A DNA stretch of 64,000 bases from Treponemataceae bacterium (GCA_963678065.2 CAXXVZ010000005.1:32001-96000), one strand, 5' to 3'. Shown: positions 31,858-43,128, counted from the stretch's first letter. Translations and numbers: made by a program. The notes: generated by a model not told the origin, from the letters alone.

Positions 31858-32961
31858 ATGGAAGCCGAGAACCCGGACTACCTCGAATCCCAGCTCATCA
31901 CCTGCCTCGGAAACAAACGCGGGCTTCTCGAGTTCATAGGCGAGGGGCTCGAGCGCGTGCACGAGGCGACAGGAAAGGACAGGCTCGTCTGCCACGACGT
32001 CTTCTCCGGCTCCGGCATCGTCGCGCGATACTTCAAGCGACACGCCTCGTTCATATACGCGGGCGATCTCGAGGATTACGCGGAGATCATCAATCGCTGT
32101 TATCTGACGGACGCCTCACAGTTTCCTGCGGCGGCTTATAAAGCCGAGGCCGCGAGGATAGCCCGACGGATCGAAGAGGAAGGGCTGCATGGCGGCTTCA
32201 TCTCCGAGCTCTACGCGCCGGATGACGATTCCCGGATCAGGAAGGGAGAGAGAGCCTTCTTCACGACGAGGAACGCCCGCTACATCGACACGTACCGCGC
32301 GCTTCTCGAAGATACGCCGGATGGGCTCCGGCCGTTCTTCCTCGCCCCCCTCCTCTCGGAAGTCTCGATCCACGCGAACACGGCCGGGGTGTTCAAGGGC
32401 TTCTACAAGGACAGGACGACAGGCATCGGGCGCTTCGGAGGAAGGAAGGGCGACGCTCTCTCCCGCATCCGGGGCGACATCGAGGTGCGCGAGCCCGTGC
32501 TCAGCAGATTCGCGTGCGGCGCGCGGATCCTGAAAGGGGACGCGGCCGAGACATGCCCCTCGATACCGCGGGTCGATGTGGCCTACCTCGATCCGCCCTA
32601 CAACCAGCACCCCTACGGCTCGAACTACTTCATGCTCAACCTGATCGTGAACAACAGACGACCGGAGCAGATCTCCGAAGTGTCGGGCATACCGCGGGAC
32701 TGGAAACGCTCCGACTACAACAGAAAACGCTGCGCGAAGGACAGGCTCGACAGTCTCATCGGCGCGCTCGACGCGCGTTTCGTTCTCGTCTCCTTCAATT
32801 CGGAAGGCCACATCGCTCAGGACGAGATGGAGGCGATGCTCGCGCGCTACGGGAGTGTCGGAGTGCTCGAGAGGACATACAACACCTTCAGAGGCAGCCG
32901 GAATCTCTCGGGACGCTCAAAACACGTGAAAGAGTATCTGTTCGTCCTGGAGAAAGCCTGA
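31858..32961 (+). CDS. DNA adenine methyltransferase (D12 class N6-adenine)
   Basis: GNKRGLL, DVFSGSGIV SAM motif, YLDPPYN catalytic motif. Confidence 0.88.
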   Translation: MEAENPDYLESQLITCLGNKRGLLEFIGEGLERVHEATGKDRLVCHDVFSGSGIVARYFKRHASFIYAGDLEDYAEIINRCYLTDASQFPAAAYKAEAARIARRIEEEGLHGGFISELYAPDDDSRIRKGERAFFTTRNARYIDTYRALLEDTPDGLRPFFLAPLLSEVSIHANTAGVFKGFYKDRTTGIGRFGGRKGDALSRIRGDIEVREPVLSRFACGARILKGDAAETCPSIPRVDVAYLDPPYNQHPYGSNYFMLNLIVNNRRPEQISEVSGIPRDWKRSDYNRKRCAKDRLDSLIGALDARFVLVSFNSEGHIAQDEMEAMLARYGSVGVLERTYNTFRGSRNLSGRSKHVKEYLFVLEKA

Positions 32962-32997
32962 GCTGAAGGCCGGAACGGGATGAGCCGGCCCCGCCAG

Positions 32998-34986
<1,989 letters not shown>

Positions 34987-34998
34987 CGCGAATGCCCT

Positions 34999-36093
34999 TT
35001 AGCCGTTCTTCTTCATAAAATCTTTCATGAAGTCGACGGAGACCGCTACGCTCTCGACCATGTTGGCGTTGTAGGTCGAGAAGCGGATGCCGCCCGTGGA
35101 GCGGTGGCCCTTCACGCCGACGATGCCGGCGGCCTTGGCATCCTTCACGAACTTGTCCTCGAGCTCTGGTGTCGCGAGGCGGAACACCACGTTCATCTGC
35201 GAGCGCGAATCTTTCGCGACCGGGGCGCGGTAGAATCCGCCGGATTCGTCGATCGCGCCGTAGATCAGCGCAGACTTCTCGTCGTTGATCTTCTTCATGG
35301 CCTCAAGCCCGCCCACCTTCTCGAGCCACTTGAGGGTCAGGCTGAGAACGTAGATCGAGAAACAGGGCGGCGTGTTGTACAGGGAGTTGTTCTCCGCGTG
35401 GGTGCGGTAGGACAGCATCGTCGGCAGTTTCGCCTGCTCCTGGGCCAGGTTGTAGAAGGAATCCTTCATCGCGACGACGGTGACGCCCGAGGGACCGAGG
35501 TTCTTCTGCGCTCCCGCGTAGATCATGGAGAACTTTTCCGCCGGGAAGGGGCGCGAGAAGATGTCGCTCGACATATCACAGACGAGCGGTACGTTTCCGA
35601 CTTCGGGCCAGTAGTGCCACTGGCTTCCGAAGAGGGTGTTGTTGCTCGTGAAGTGGGCGTACGTCGACGCGGGGTCGACGGCGATCTCGTCCTGGCGCAG
35701 GATGCGGGTAAAGGTTCCGTCAGGATTCTCCGTGCTCACCGAGTCGCAAGTCCCGAAGCGCTTGCCTTCCTTCAGGGCGTTCTTGGCCCAGGTCCCTGTG
35801 ACCAGGTAGCTGGCCTTGCGCCCGTCGAAGAGGTAGTTCATCGGAAGCATGAAGAACTGGGTCGAGGCGCCGCCCGTGAGGAAGAGAACCTTCCACTCCG
35901 GGCCCATTCCGGCGAGCTTGCGGAACAGCGTCTGGGCCTCGTTGTGCATCTCCTCGTACTCCTTGGAGCGGTGGGAGACCTCCATGACCGACATGCCGGT
36001 GCCCTTCCAGTCGAGCATTTCTTCCTGGGCAGCCTTGAGGACATCGAGGGGGATCGCCGCGGGGCCGGCGTTGAAGTTGATCACGCGTTTCAT
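34999..36093 (-). CDS. serC: Phosphoserine aminotransferase
   Basis: NFNAGPA, EVSHRS, GGASTQF, DMSSD, GAQKNLGPSG, NTPP, KGHRSTGGIR. Confidence 0.96.
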   Translation of the reverse strand: MKRVINFNAGPAAIPLDVLKAAQEEMLDWKGTGMSVMEVSHRSKEYEEMHNEAQTLFRKLAGMGPEWKVLFLTGGASTQFFMLPMNYLFDGRKASYLVTGTWAKNALKEGKRFGTCDSVSTENPDGTFTRILRQDEIAVDPASTYAHFTSNNTLFGSQWHYWPEVGNVPLVCDMSSDIFSRPFPAEKFSMIYAGAQKNLGPSGVTVVAMKDSFYNLAQEQAKLPTMLSYRTHAENNSLYNTPPCFSIYVLSLTLKWLEKVGGLEAMKKINDEKSALIYGAIDESGGFYRAPVAKDSRSQMNVVFRLATPELEDKFVKDAKAAGIVGVKGHRSTGGIRFSTYNANMVESVAVSVDFMKDFMKKNG

Positions 36094-36161
36094 GGGTATG
36101 CTCCTATAAAATGTCAACCGGGTGGTCGACACGAATCCGAAATTGCCCGGCTACGCCGGCA

Positions 36162-37250
36162 TCATGCGGTTATCCTCAGGGCGGCCCGCATGGAATCCGC
36201 CTTTTTGCTCAGTCGTTTATCGATCATGAGACTAGGATCGAAAGGCTCGTCAGCAGTCAACATGCACCAGATGATCCTGGAAATCCTTCGGGCGGTCGCG
36301 ATGATCGTTCTTCCCGTCCCTTTCTCGTGTCTCATTCTCGCGTAGCGTTCCATCAGTCGCCAGGATAACGTCTGCTTGCTTCTTCGCATCCCGAGCACCA
36401 GCTGGACCAATGCCGTCCGGAGTTCCTCGGGGCCACGCTTCGTGATCCGGCCGTAGTGCTCGGTGGTGTTCGAGCATTGGACCCATGGAACGAGGCCCGC
36501 GAAGGCGGAATAGTTCCTAAATGATTCGAAACGCCCGATGTCGTCCGTGAAGGCGCGGATCGTCCATGCCGTCACTTTGCCGCAGCCGGGAATCGTCTGG
36601 AGAAGTTCGACCGCTCGATCTTTTCCCGTCAGAGCCTCGAGCTCGCGTTCCACAATCTTGACGTTCTCTTCGAGCCGATCTATCGTTTCGAACAGCGGTT
36701 GGACCACGAGTCCGTTGTCCGCTCCTGCGAGGGTGTCCAGAATCTTCTGGCGCCCTCGCTTGCTTTGCAGACTGGCTTTGGAATCCTGCATCCCCAGCCC
36801 GATTAATAGCCCGTGAATCTGGTTCTTCACCGTCACGATAGTCCGAACCAATGTCGTACGAACCTTCAAGAGTCGTCGTAGCTGCTCACTCGCCTCGGAG
36901 CAGAGATGAGACTCAGGAAGCATGTCTTTCTCGAGAAACTCCGCGATGGTCGCGGCGTCGTGACGATCGGTCTTCTTCACCGATTCGTTGACGACTTTGA
37001 ACTTGAGCGTGTTGATCACTCTCACTTCGATGCCCTCTCGCTCCATCCTGTTTTTGAAGTACCTCGTATTGCCGGTCGACTCGACGCCCACCCGCACCGA
37101 CTGCCCTTCCTTTCGCCACACCCTGATTCGCGCCAAGAACGCTTCATATCCGTCCTCTGTCGTCAGGTACTTCCCGAAAAAACCTTCGCCCACGCGGGCG
37201 AACATCGTGAACTGCGTCTTGTGAAGATCAACGCCAACACTGATGCTCAT
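36162..37250 (-). CDS. IS110 family transposase/recombinase
   Basis: VGVDLHK, VESTG, KKTDRHDA (DEDD RuvC-like); TIPGCG, GLVPWVQCS, GRITKRGP..LR (Tnp20 domain). Confidence 0.95.
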   Translation of the reverse strand: MSISVGVDLHKTQFTMFARVGEGFFGKYLTTEDGYEAFLARIRVWRKEGQSVRVGVESTGNTRYFKNRMEREGIEVRVINTLKFKVVNESVKKTDRHDAATIAEFLEKDMLPESHLCSEASEQLRRLLKVRTTLVRTIVTVKNQIHGLLIGLGMQDSKASLQSKRGRQKILDTLAGADNGLVVQPLFETIDRLEENVKIVERELEALTGKDRAVELLQTIPGCGKVTAWTIRAFTDDIGRFESFRNYSAFAGLVPWVQCSNTTEHYGRITKRGPEELRTALVQLVLGMRRSKQTLSWRLMERYARMRHEKGTGRTIIATARRISRIIWCMLTADEPFDPSLMIDKRLSKKADSMRAALRITA

Positions 37251-37254
37251 ATCC

Positions 37255-37440
37255 TCTCCCCATCCGATATAGGTTCGATGCGGTGGATCGGGCCCATTCT
37301 CCTATTCGACCTCGCGGGTCATTGAATGATGCGGCTAGGCTCCTCATTCTCCTTACCGGCCTCGTAAGCCATAAACCATGACGAGCAATAGCCTTCCCGT
37401 ATCGGATCCCTCCGCTACAGGATACCCTCTTCACCTAGAA
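37255..37440 (-). ncRNA. Putative bridge/seek RNA of the IS110 element
   Basis: ~190-nt 5' non-coding end containing segments matching target (TAAGGAG, revcomp GAGCA) and donor junction (ATAGGAG, revcomp GAATGAT), each pair flanking a hairpin. Confidence 0.7.
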
Positions 37441-37466
37441 CCCGGTTGACGTTTTATCATTCCTCC

Positions 37467-38339
37467 TTAAATTCCTGAGTATTTCTTCATGCGGGCGACG
37501 ATGCTGTCGCCGAGGCGCAGGAGGTTCTCCTCCGTCGAGGCGCCGAGATGAGGGGTGAGGAGGACATGCGGGGCCGTCACGAGGGGCGATCCCTCAGGTG
37601 GCTCCTTGTAGAAGACGTCGGTCGCGTAGCCCGCGAGTTTCCCGGAGGCGAGGGCCGCCGCGATATCCTGCTCGACGACGACCTGACCGCGGCAGGTGTT
37701 CACGATGCGCACGCCGGCCTTCATCTTCGCGATGGCAGCCGCGCTGATCATGCCCTTCGTCTCGTCCGTCAGGGGCGTGTGCAGGCTGATGTAGTCGGAC
37801 CTGGCGAAGACTTCGTCCAGCGTCACCATCTCGGCGGCGTCGGAGCTCGCCACATACTTGTCGTAGGCTATGACCGTCATGCCGAATGCCCTGGCCCGCA
37901 CGGCGAGCTCGCGCGCGATCCTTCCGATGCCCACAAGACCGAGGGTCTTTCCGCCCAGCTCGGTCCGCTCGAGCTCCTTCTTGAGCCACTTGCCCTCTTT
38001 CATCGACGAGTCAGCCTCGGCGATGTGGTTCGGCATCGCGATCATGAGGGCGAAGGCCAGCTCCGCGACTGCCAGGCTCGAGGCCTCGGGAGTGTTGTCC
38101 ACCGCGATGTTCTTCGACTTCGCGTAGTCCACATCGATGGTGTCGACCCCGACGCCTCCGCGGATGATGTACTTGAGCGCAAAGGCCCTGTCCATCATCG
38201 CCTTGTCCACCTTGGTCTTGGACCGCACGATGATGACTTCCGCTTCCGGAACCCGTCCCATATCCTGAGTCACCTCGCCGAAGGGCGCGAGTCGTCCGGG
38301 AAGATCCGGCGCAAACGCGTCGGCCAACAGAATTACCAT
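37467..38339 (-). CDS. serA: D-3-phosphoglycerate dehydrogenase (short form, no ACT domain)
   Basis: VRSKTKV, RGGVGVDTID, GIGRIA, LHTPLT, NTCRG, TPHLGASTEE; adjacent to serC. Confidence 0.85.
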   Translation of the reverse strand: MVILLADAFAPDLPGRLAPFGEVTQDMGRVPEAEVIIVRSKTKVDKAMMDRAFALKYIIRGGVGVDTIDVDYAKSKNIAVDNTPEASSLAVAELAFALMIAMPNHIAEADSSMKEGKWLKKELERTELGGKTLGLVGIGRIARELAVRARAFGMTVIAYDKYVASSDAAEMVTLDEVFARSDYISLHTPLTDETKGMISAAAIAKMKAGVRIVNTCRGQVVVEQDIAAALASGKLAGYATDVFYKEPPEGSPLVTAPHVLLTPHLGASTEENLLRLGDSIVARMKKYSGI

Positions 38340-38474
38340 GTGTTCCTCCTTGAGCAGTCTATGCACCATCCGGACCGGGGTGCGCGCGAAGAGGTGTCCG
38401 TGATCCCGCCGGATCGCCCTCCGTTTTTCCCCGAACCGGGCTCTTCTGTCTCCGCTGTCCCTATCTCCGCTCGC

Positions 38475-39881
38475 TCAGGCCGGCGCGATCACGCGCGACT
38501 CGACGTAGAAGCGCTTCTCCGGCGCCTCGCCCATCGAGAAGGTCTTGCGCGGCATCACCCCGTCCCGGATCACGGTCCGGAAGAATCCGGCCTTGTCCAC
38601 CGGCGGGAGATAGAGCCCGAGGTTCCCCGGTCTCTCGGCCAGGGCCACGAGGCTCTCCGTCCCGTGGATGTAGTCGATGCTCGCAAAGGGATGGGCCTTG
38701 ATCCAGGGATCGAGTATTCCCTGGATCGTTCCCGCCGCGAGATTCGCTTCGGGATTCCCGAAGACGATCGTCCCGGCTCCCGACGCCGAGAGATAGCAGA
38801 TCGTGTGCACCTTCCCCTGCAGAGTGCCGTCGGGAGCGCCGGCAGGCGAGTCCACGGCGGCGAAGACAGCCGCAGCCTGCTTCCCGGCTTCGGTCCCGCC
38901 AGACGCCGCGCCGTCGCCGGCAGGGCGAACGGCGCCGCCCGCCGCGCGGACAGCTGCGAAAAAGGCGGCTTCGTCGACATTGAAGAGAACGCGGTGTATC
39001 GGGTGGAAGGGAAGCCCCTTGTCGTAGATGTTGACGAGTTCAACCAGGGCGTAGCGCCCCGGATGCCCGGCAAGGAACTCCGGCCTGTCCGCGTTCGCCG
39101 CCTTGATCTCTTCCCAGACAGCCTTGGCCGTCGCGAGCGAGTGGTTGCCGTCCCCGACCGCGAACAGAAGGACATCCCTGTTCCCGTAGCGGGCGGCATA
39201 CGCCTCCGGATCGGCCAGCTTATCCAGGGCAACCGCGACGCGGCCGAGAAGCGTGCGATCCGAAACATGCCAGCCCCTGACATGGCCCGAACCCTTCATG
39301 AGCTCGAAATCGTAGAGAACGGGAAGTTCTGCGCGGTCCGAGTATAGAGGCTCGATGAGACTCATCCGGGCATCGTCGACGAGCAGCATGATGTGGGGAA
39401 GCTCGAGGGGCGCCCCGCGGCGGATCTGCATGCGCGGAGGCAGACGCTCCACGATCGTTCCCTCCGTCGGCCGGATCAGCGACTTCGAGTCAACCCCGTA
39501 CCGGTACTTCTCGAGATCGACGGCGATCATGAGACCGACGCGCGGCTCCTTCTCGAAGGGAGTGCTCCTCTCCACGAGGACGAAACCCGGCTCCATCTTC
39601 TTCAGATAGCCGCGCGCGAGGTAGTCCTTCATCGCGCGCTGTATGGCCGCGATGCGTTCGGCCTTGTCCCTGTCCTCCAGGTAGCACTCGGGAAAAATCA
39701 GGTTCAAAGTCGACGGCGCGGTTCCGACTGCTTCCCTCACGCCATCCCAGTATGCACGCTCCGAGGAATACTGGTCGCAAGCCACAACCGCCCACAGGCT
39801 GTGGTCGACGCCCTCCGCGGGAAGACAGACCTCCGGCACCTGAACTCCGAGCCTGTCGAAGTCGGCGGTGTAATCGGTCAT
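38475..39881 (-). CDS. DUF1015 family protein
   Basis: WAVVACDQYSS, IRPTEGTIVERLPPR, ELPHIM, FAVGDGNHSLATAK, PRKTFSMGEA..KRFY. Confidence 0.85.
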   Translation of the reverse strand: MTDYTADFDRLGVQVPEVCLPAEGVDHSLWAVVACDQYSSERAYWDGVREAVGTAPSTLNLIFPECYLEDRDKAERIAAIQRAMKDYLARGYLKKMEPGFVLVERSTPFEKEPRVGLMIAVDLEKYRYGVDSKSLIRPTEGTIVERLPPRMQIRRGAPLELPHIMLLVDDARMSLIEPLYSDRAELPVLYDFELMKGSGHVRGWHVSDRTLLGRVAVALDKLADPEAYAARYGNRDVLLFAVGDGNHSLATAKAVWEEIKAANADRPEFLAGHPGRYALVELVNIYDKGLPFHPIHRVLFNVDEAAFFAAVRAAGGAVRPAGDGAASGGTEAGKQAAAVFAAVDSPAGAPDGTLQGKVHTICYLSASGAGTIVFGNPEANLAAGTIQGILDPWIKAHPFASIDYIHGTESLVALAERPGNLGLYLPPVDKAGFFRTVIRDGVMPRKTFSMGEAPEKRFYVESRVIAPA

Positions 39882-40063
39882 CTGGAGACTCCTTTTTCCG
39901 CGCGGACGATCCTGCCGATGATCCCTCTCCGGGCATGCCCGGTTCCGGATCAGGAAGATCGTGCCAGTCGCAAGTCCGATAATTCCGATAATAATGACAC
40001 CAAAGCGTCCATCAGTAAACCGGGATTCCACCTGAGAGCCTTGCCCAGGCCTCTCGCGCTGAC

Positions 40064-40360
40064 TCAGTCCAGCCTCTTGTCCCCGGGCTTTCCGGGCTTT
40101 CCAGTCCTTCCGCCGAGCAGTTTTTCGAGGTCGTATCGTTTCTGTCCGTACTTGAGCAGGGCCTTGTAAGCGAACCCGGCGCCCACCAGGGCCAGAATGA
40201 AGCAGACGAAAACAGCCACCGCGACCGCCCCTGAGGGGAGTATCTTCGCGAGAGTCAGCCCGTAGAGAACGAAAAGAGCGAGGAAGATGGCTGCCGTCAT
40301 CAGAAGGTTGACGAGCGTGGCGACGACGATGAAGAGCGTCGTTCTGGCCATTTTGTTCAT
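40064..40360 (-). CDS. Small two-TM membrane protein
   Basis: Two hydrophobic helices; overlaps lspA stop. Confidence 0.7.
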   Translation of the reverse strand: MNKMARTTLFIVVATLVNLLMTAAIFLALFVLYGLTLAKILPSGAVAVAVFVCFILALVGAGFAYKALLKYGQKRYDLEKLLGGRTGKPGKPGDKRLD

Positions 40361-40992
40361 GGTTTCCCCTTTGTCTTGTCCGGAATGATACCGGAGATCG
40401 CCAGCAGAATGGCGCATACGAGGACGGAGGCGTCCGCCAGGTTGAAAGTCGGCCAACGCTCCAGTCCGAATAGTCCATAGAATTTGAAAGAAAGGAAATC
40501 GACGACGCCGTCAGGCCTGAATATCCTGTCGGCGAGGTTGCCGAGTCCCCCTCCGACGACGCCGCACAGAGCCCAGCGCTGCAAGCCGGTGAGCTCGCGG
40601 GACCTGAAATGAAAAACCATGATCCCGCCCAGCATGAGGACGGGAAAGAGGATGAAGAGGATTTTCCTGATGGACTCCGGGAATCCGTATCCGAGCGAGA
40701 AGGCGATACCGAGATTCCTCGCGTGCACGAGCCAGAAAAAATCTCCTCCCATGCTCCAGCCTATGTTCCCTTCGGCAATGGACGCGACGACGAAAGCCTT
40801 GAGAATCTGGTCAGCCGCCAGGATGGCGGCCGTGAGTGTGAGAGGCATGAAAAGTCCCCGGCGGTCCGGCCCCGCTAATTTTCCCGGAGGCTTTCCGTCG
40901 GGTTCCCCTCGGGGTTTCCCTGCAGGCCTCTCGGGAGAAATCCCAGAGGGAAACCCGGAGGGCTTCAGGTTCGTCTTCGCTTCGGTGGACAT
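40357..40992 (-). CDS. lspA: Lipoprotein signal peptidase (SPase II)
   Basis: ADQILK, NLGIAFS, GGLGNLADR, VVDF, WPTFNLADA. Confidence 0.93.
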   Translation of the reverse strand: MSTEAKTNLKPSGFPSGISPERPAGKPRGEPDGKPPGKLAGPDRRGLFMPLTLTAAILAADQILKAFVVASIAEGNIGWSMGGDFFWLVHARNLGIAFSLGYGFPESIRKILFILFPVLMLGGIMVFHFRSRELTGLQRWALCGVVGGGLGNLADRIFRPDGVVDFLSFKFYGLFGLERWPTFNLADASVLVCAILLAISGIIPDKTKGKP

Positions 40993-40998
40993 ACTTCC

Positions 40999-41760
40999 TC
41001 AGAGTCCCGTCGGAAGATCGATGAAGGTGGTCTTGAGGCCCGTTTCGGCGGCGAGTCTTTCAGCGACGGCCCTGACGCCCCATATCTCCGTCGCATAGTG
41101 TCCGGCGGCCATGAAATTGAGACAGCCCTCGACCATGTGGTGATAGATGGAATGGGAGGGTTCTCCCGTGACATAGAGGTCGATGCCGGTTCCGAGTGCC
41201 TGGAGGGCCTCGAAGGGCGCGCCGCCGGAGACCACCGCCACCTTCCGGATGAGGCTGGGCCCGGCGGCGATGAGGGTCCGGGGCCTCGAGCCGTCGGGAA
41301 GAATCCTGCGAATCGCCTCCTCCATGCCTATCGGTTCCGGGAGGGTCCCGGCACAGCCGATATCGATTCCGTGATACCGCCCGAAAGGTTCCAGGTTCAT
41401 GAGGCCGAGGAGGCGCGCGAGAACAGCGTTGTTGCCAAGCTCGGGGTGACTGTCGAGAGGAAGATGGCAGGCGTAGAGGGCCAGGTCCGATTGCACGAGG
41501 GCCCTGATACGGCCGAGCATGAGACCATCGATGCGTTCCGGCTTGCCCCAGAAAAGGCCGTGGTGGACGAAGAGAGCCTGCGCGCCCGAAGCCGCCGCGC
41601 GGGAAATGCTTTCGGCGCAGGCGTCGACGGCGAAGGCAACCTTGGTCAGAGGACCCGCGCTGCGCCCTACCTGGATTCCGTTGAGGGAATCATCCTTCTC
41701 GGCGAAAGCGTCGATGTCGAGGAGTTTCCTGAACCAGACATCAAGTTCCTTGATCGTCAT
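40999..41760 (-). CDS. Nif3-like dinuclear metal center protein
   Basis: NGIQVG, VHHGLFW, CHLPLDSHPELGNN, VTGE, GHYATE. Confidence 0.92.
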   Translation of the reverse strand: MTIKELDVWFRKLLDIDAFAEKDDSLNGIQVGRSAGPLTKVAFAVDACAESISRAAASGAQALFVHHGLFWGKPERIDGLMLGRIRALVQSDLALYACHLPLDSHPELGNNAVLARLLGLMNLEPFGRYHGIDIGCAGTLPEPIGMEEAIRRILPDGSRPRTLIAAGPSLIRKVAVVSGGAPFEALQALGTGIDLYVTGEPSHSIYHHMVEGCLNFMAAGHYATEIWGVRAVAERLAAETGLKTTFIDLPTGL

Positions 41761-42104
41761 CGCATGAGTATAAATAAAAAGGGCTCCGCGTGGAAGGAGG
41801 CAGACCACGCGGAGCCCAGGCGGTTATTGGCCGCCAATATGGAAAGAACGGAACGTTGCTGGAACCTTCCGGATGTCCATATCAATGCCAAGAACATAGC
41901 CAATTACTTTCGACGTGTCAAGACAAACAATCCCGTTTGGTGCTGTTTAATCACATATATTGCATTTATTTGTCAAAAAATGGATCATTCTGCCCGATCA
42001 GACGTTTATCCACATGAATAGACGAAATTTCACTGTCTTTCGCATTCACGTGGTGTAGCAACGGTCCCTCTGCATCGTTATTTTACACCATGAGAGGAGC
42101 GAGT

Positions 42105-42680
42105 ATGAAAAACCTGGCCCTATTTGTGACGGGCAAACGAGGATCCGGGAAAAGCACTGCATGCCGCGTCGCCCTCCGTATCCTCGAGGCCCGGGGAATC
42201 CCGTGTTCGGGGATTCTCTGCTCCAGCGACAGGACCCCTGAGGGAAGACCTTACAGAATAGTGGCAGAGGACGTAGCGACCGGGGAATCCCGCCTTCTCG
42301 CCGAGCGCCCGATAGAAGGCGCTTCGGACTTCGCCTTCTGCCCGGAAAGCTTTTCCTGGGCCGGATCGGTCCTCCGCTCGGGAGTCGAAGCATCGCGCTT
42401 TCCGCTCTTTCTCGACGAGGTCGGCCCTCTCGAGCTCGTATCGAAGGGCGGTTACTTCCCCTTTCTTGCGTGGCTGGCTCAACGAGGAGCAGGGCCGATC
42501 GTCATCGCAGTGCGATCCGGCCTGGAAGCGGCGCTCCGGGATGTTCTCGACTCAGCCGGACCGGGACTCTGGAGGGTCGAAAGTATCGTGGTCAGGGAAG
42601 ATAATCGCGACCCGATACCGCAGATGATTGTGGATTCACTTTTTCGGGTTGCCGACTCGACGCAATGTATTTATAGTTGA
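42105..42680 (+). CDS. P-loop NTPase (THEP1/DUF2478-like)
   Basis: VTGKRGSGKST Walker A, LDEVGPLEL Walker B; GAGGAG RBS. Confidence 0.8.
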   Translation: MKNLALFVTGKRGSGKSTACRVALRILEARGIPCSGILCSSDRTPEGRPYRIVAEDVATGESRLLAERPIEGASDFAFCPESFSWAGSVLRSGVEASRFPLFLDEVGPLELVSKGGYFPFLAWLAQRGAGPIVIAVRSGLEAALRDVLDSAGPGLWRVESIVVREDNRDPIPQMIVDSLFRVADSTQCIYS

Positions 42681-42696
42681 GCAGAGGAGAGGAAAC

Positions 42697-43128
42697 ATGA
42701 TCCAATGGAACGCCGATCTGTCGCGCAGACTGAGTTGCTCCGGGGAAGAAAAAACCGGGCTCGTTTCCCTCATCAAGCGCTTCCTCGATCTTTCGGCGAC
42801 ATATCGGACCGAGGGCCTGACGGCCATGGAAGCCGCGTCCCGGAACTTCACTGAAGCTCTGTTTACCGCGGGCATACAGCTCATGGCCGAAGGGATTTCC
42901 GGCGAGACACTCGAGGACATCCTCGCCACCTATCTCGCGGTCTCCCCGGATACCGGCTATGCGTTCCTCCAATCCTGCGTCATCGCGGAGGGGATCGTCG
43001 GACTGTCGAACGGCGATGATCCTGCAGTCCTCGTGCGCAAACTCGCGGCCTATTTCGGAGCCGGGGACGCGCTCCCCCTCCTCGAAGAGCTGGAGACCGC
43101 CCATGGGACAGGAAGGGAGCAGCGATGA
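42697..43128 (+). CDS. Soluble protein resembling the MotA cytoplasmic domain
   Basis: YRTEGLTAME, GIQLMAEG..GETLEDIL, IAEGIVGLSNGDDP.VL..KL resemble MotA cytoplasmic segments; no TM helices. Confidence 0.6.
   Translation: MIQWNADLSRRLSCSGEEKTGLVSLIKRFLDLSATYRTEGLTAMEAASRNFTEALFTAGIQLMAEGISGETLEDILATYLAVSPDTGYAFLQSCVIAEGIVGLSNGDDPAVLVRKLAAYFGAGDALPLLEELETAHGTGREQR

Larger units (their letters stand above)
36101..37467 (-). mobile_element. IS110-family insertion sequence with AGGAG core at both ends and sub-terminal inverted repeats
   Basis: IRs ATAAAATGTCAACCGGGT (36106-36123) / ACCCGGTTGACGTTTTAT (37440-37457), 17/18 match; CTCCT at 36101-36105 and 37463-37467; lower GC than flanks. Confidence 0.9.

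Noticed and set aside
39950..39967. TGGCACG on the minus strand upstream of DUF1015 as a sigma54 promoter
   Set aside because: The -12 TTGC element is missing at the required spacing.
39995..40066. Possible glycine riboswitch upstream of DUF1015-serA-serC (minus strand GAGAG...CTCTCAGGT...TGGACG)
   Set aside because: The conserved CCGAAG/GCAA core between GAGAG and CTCTCAGG is absent, so the segment is explained by a simple hairpin. An Rfam scan would settle it.
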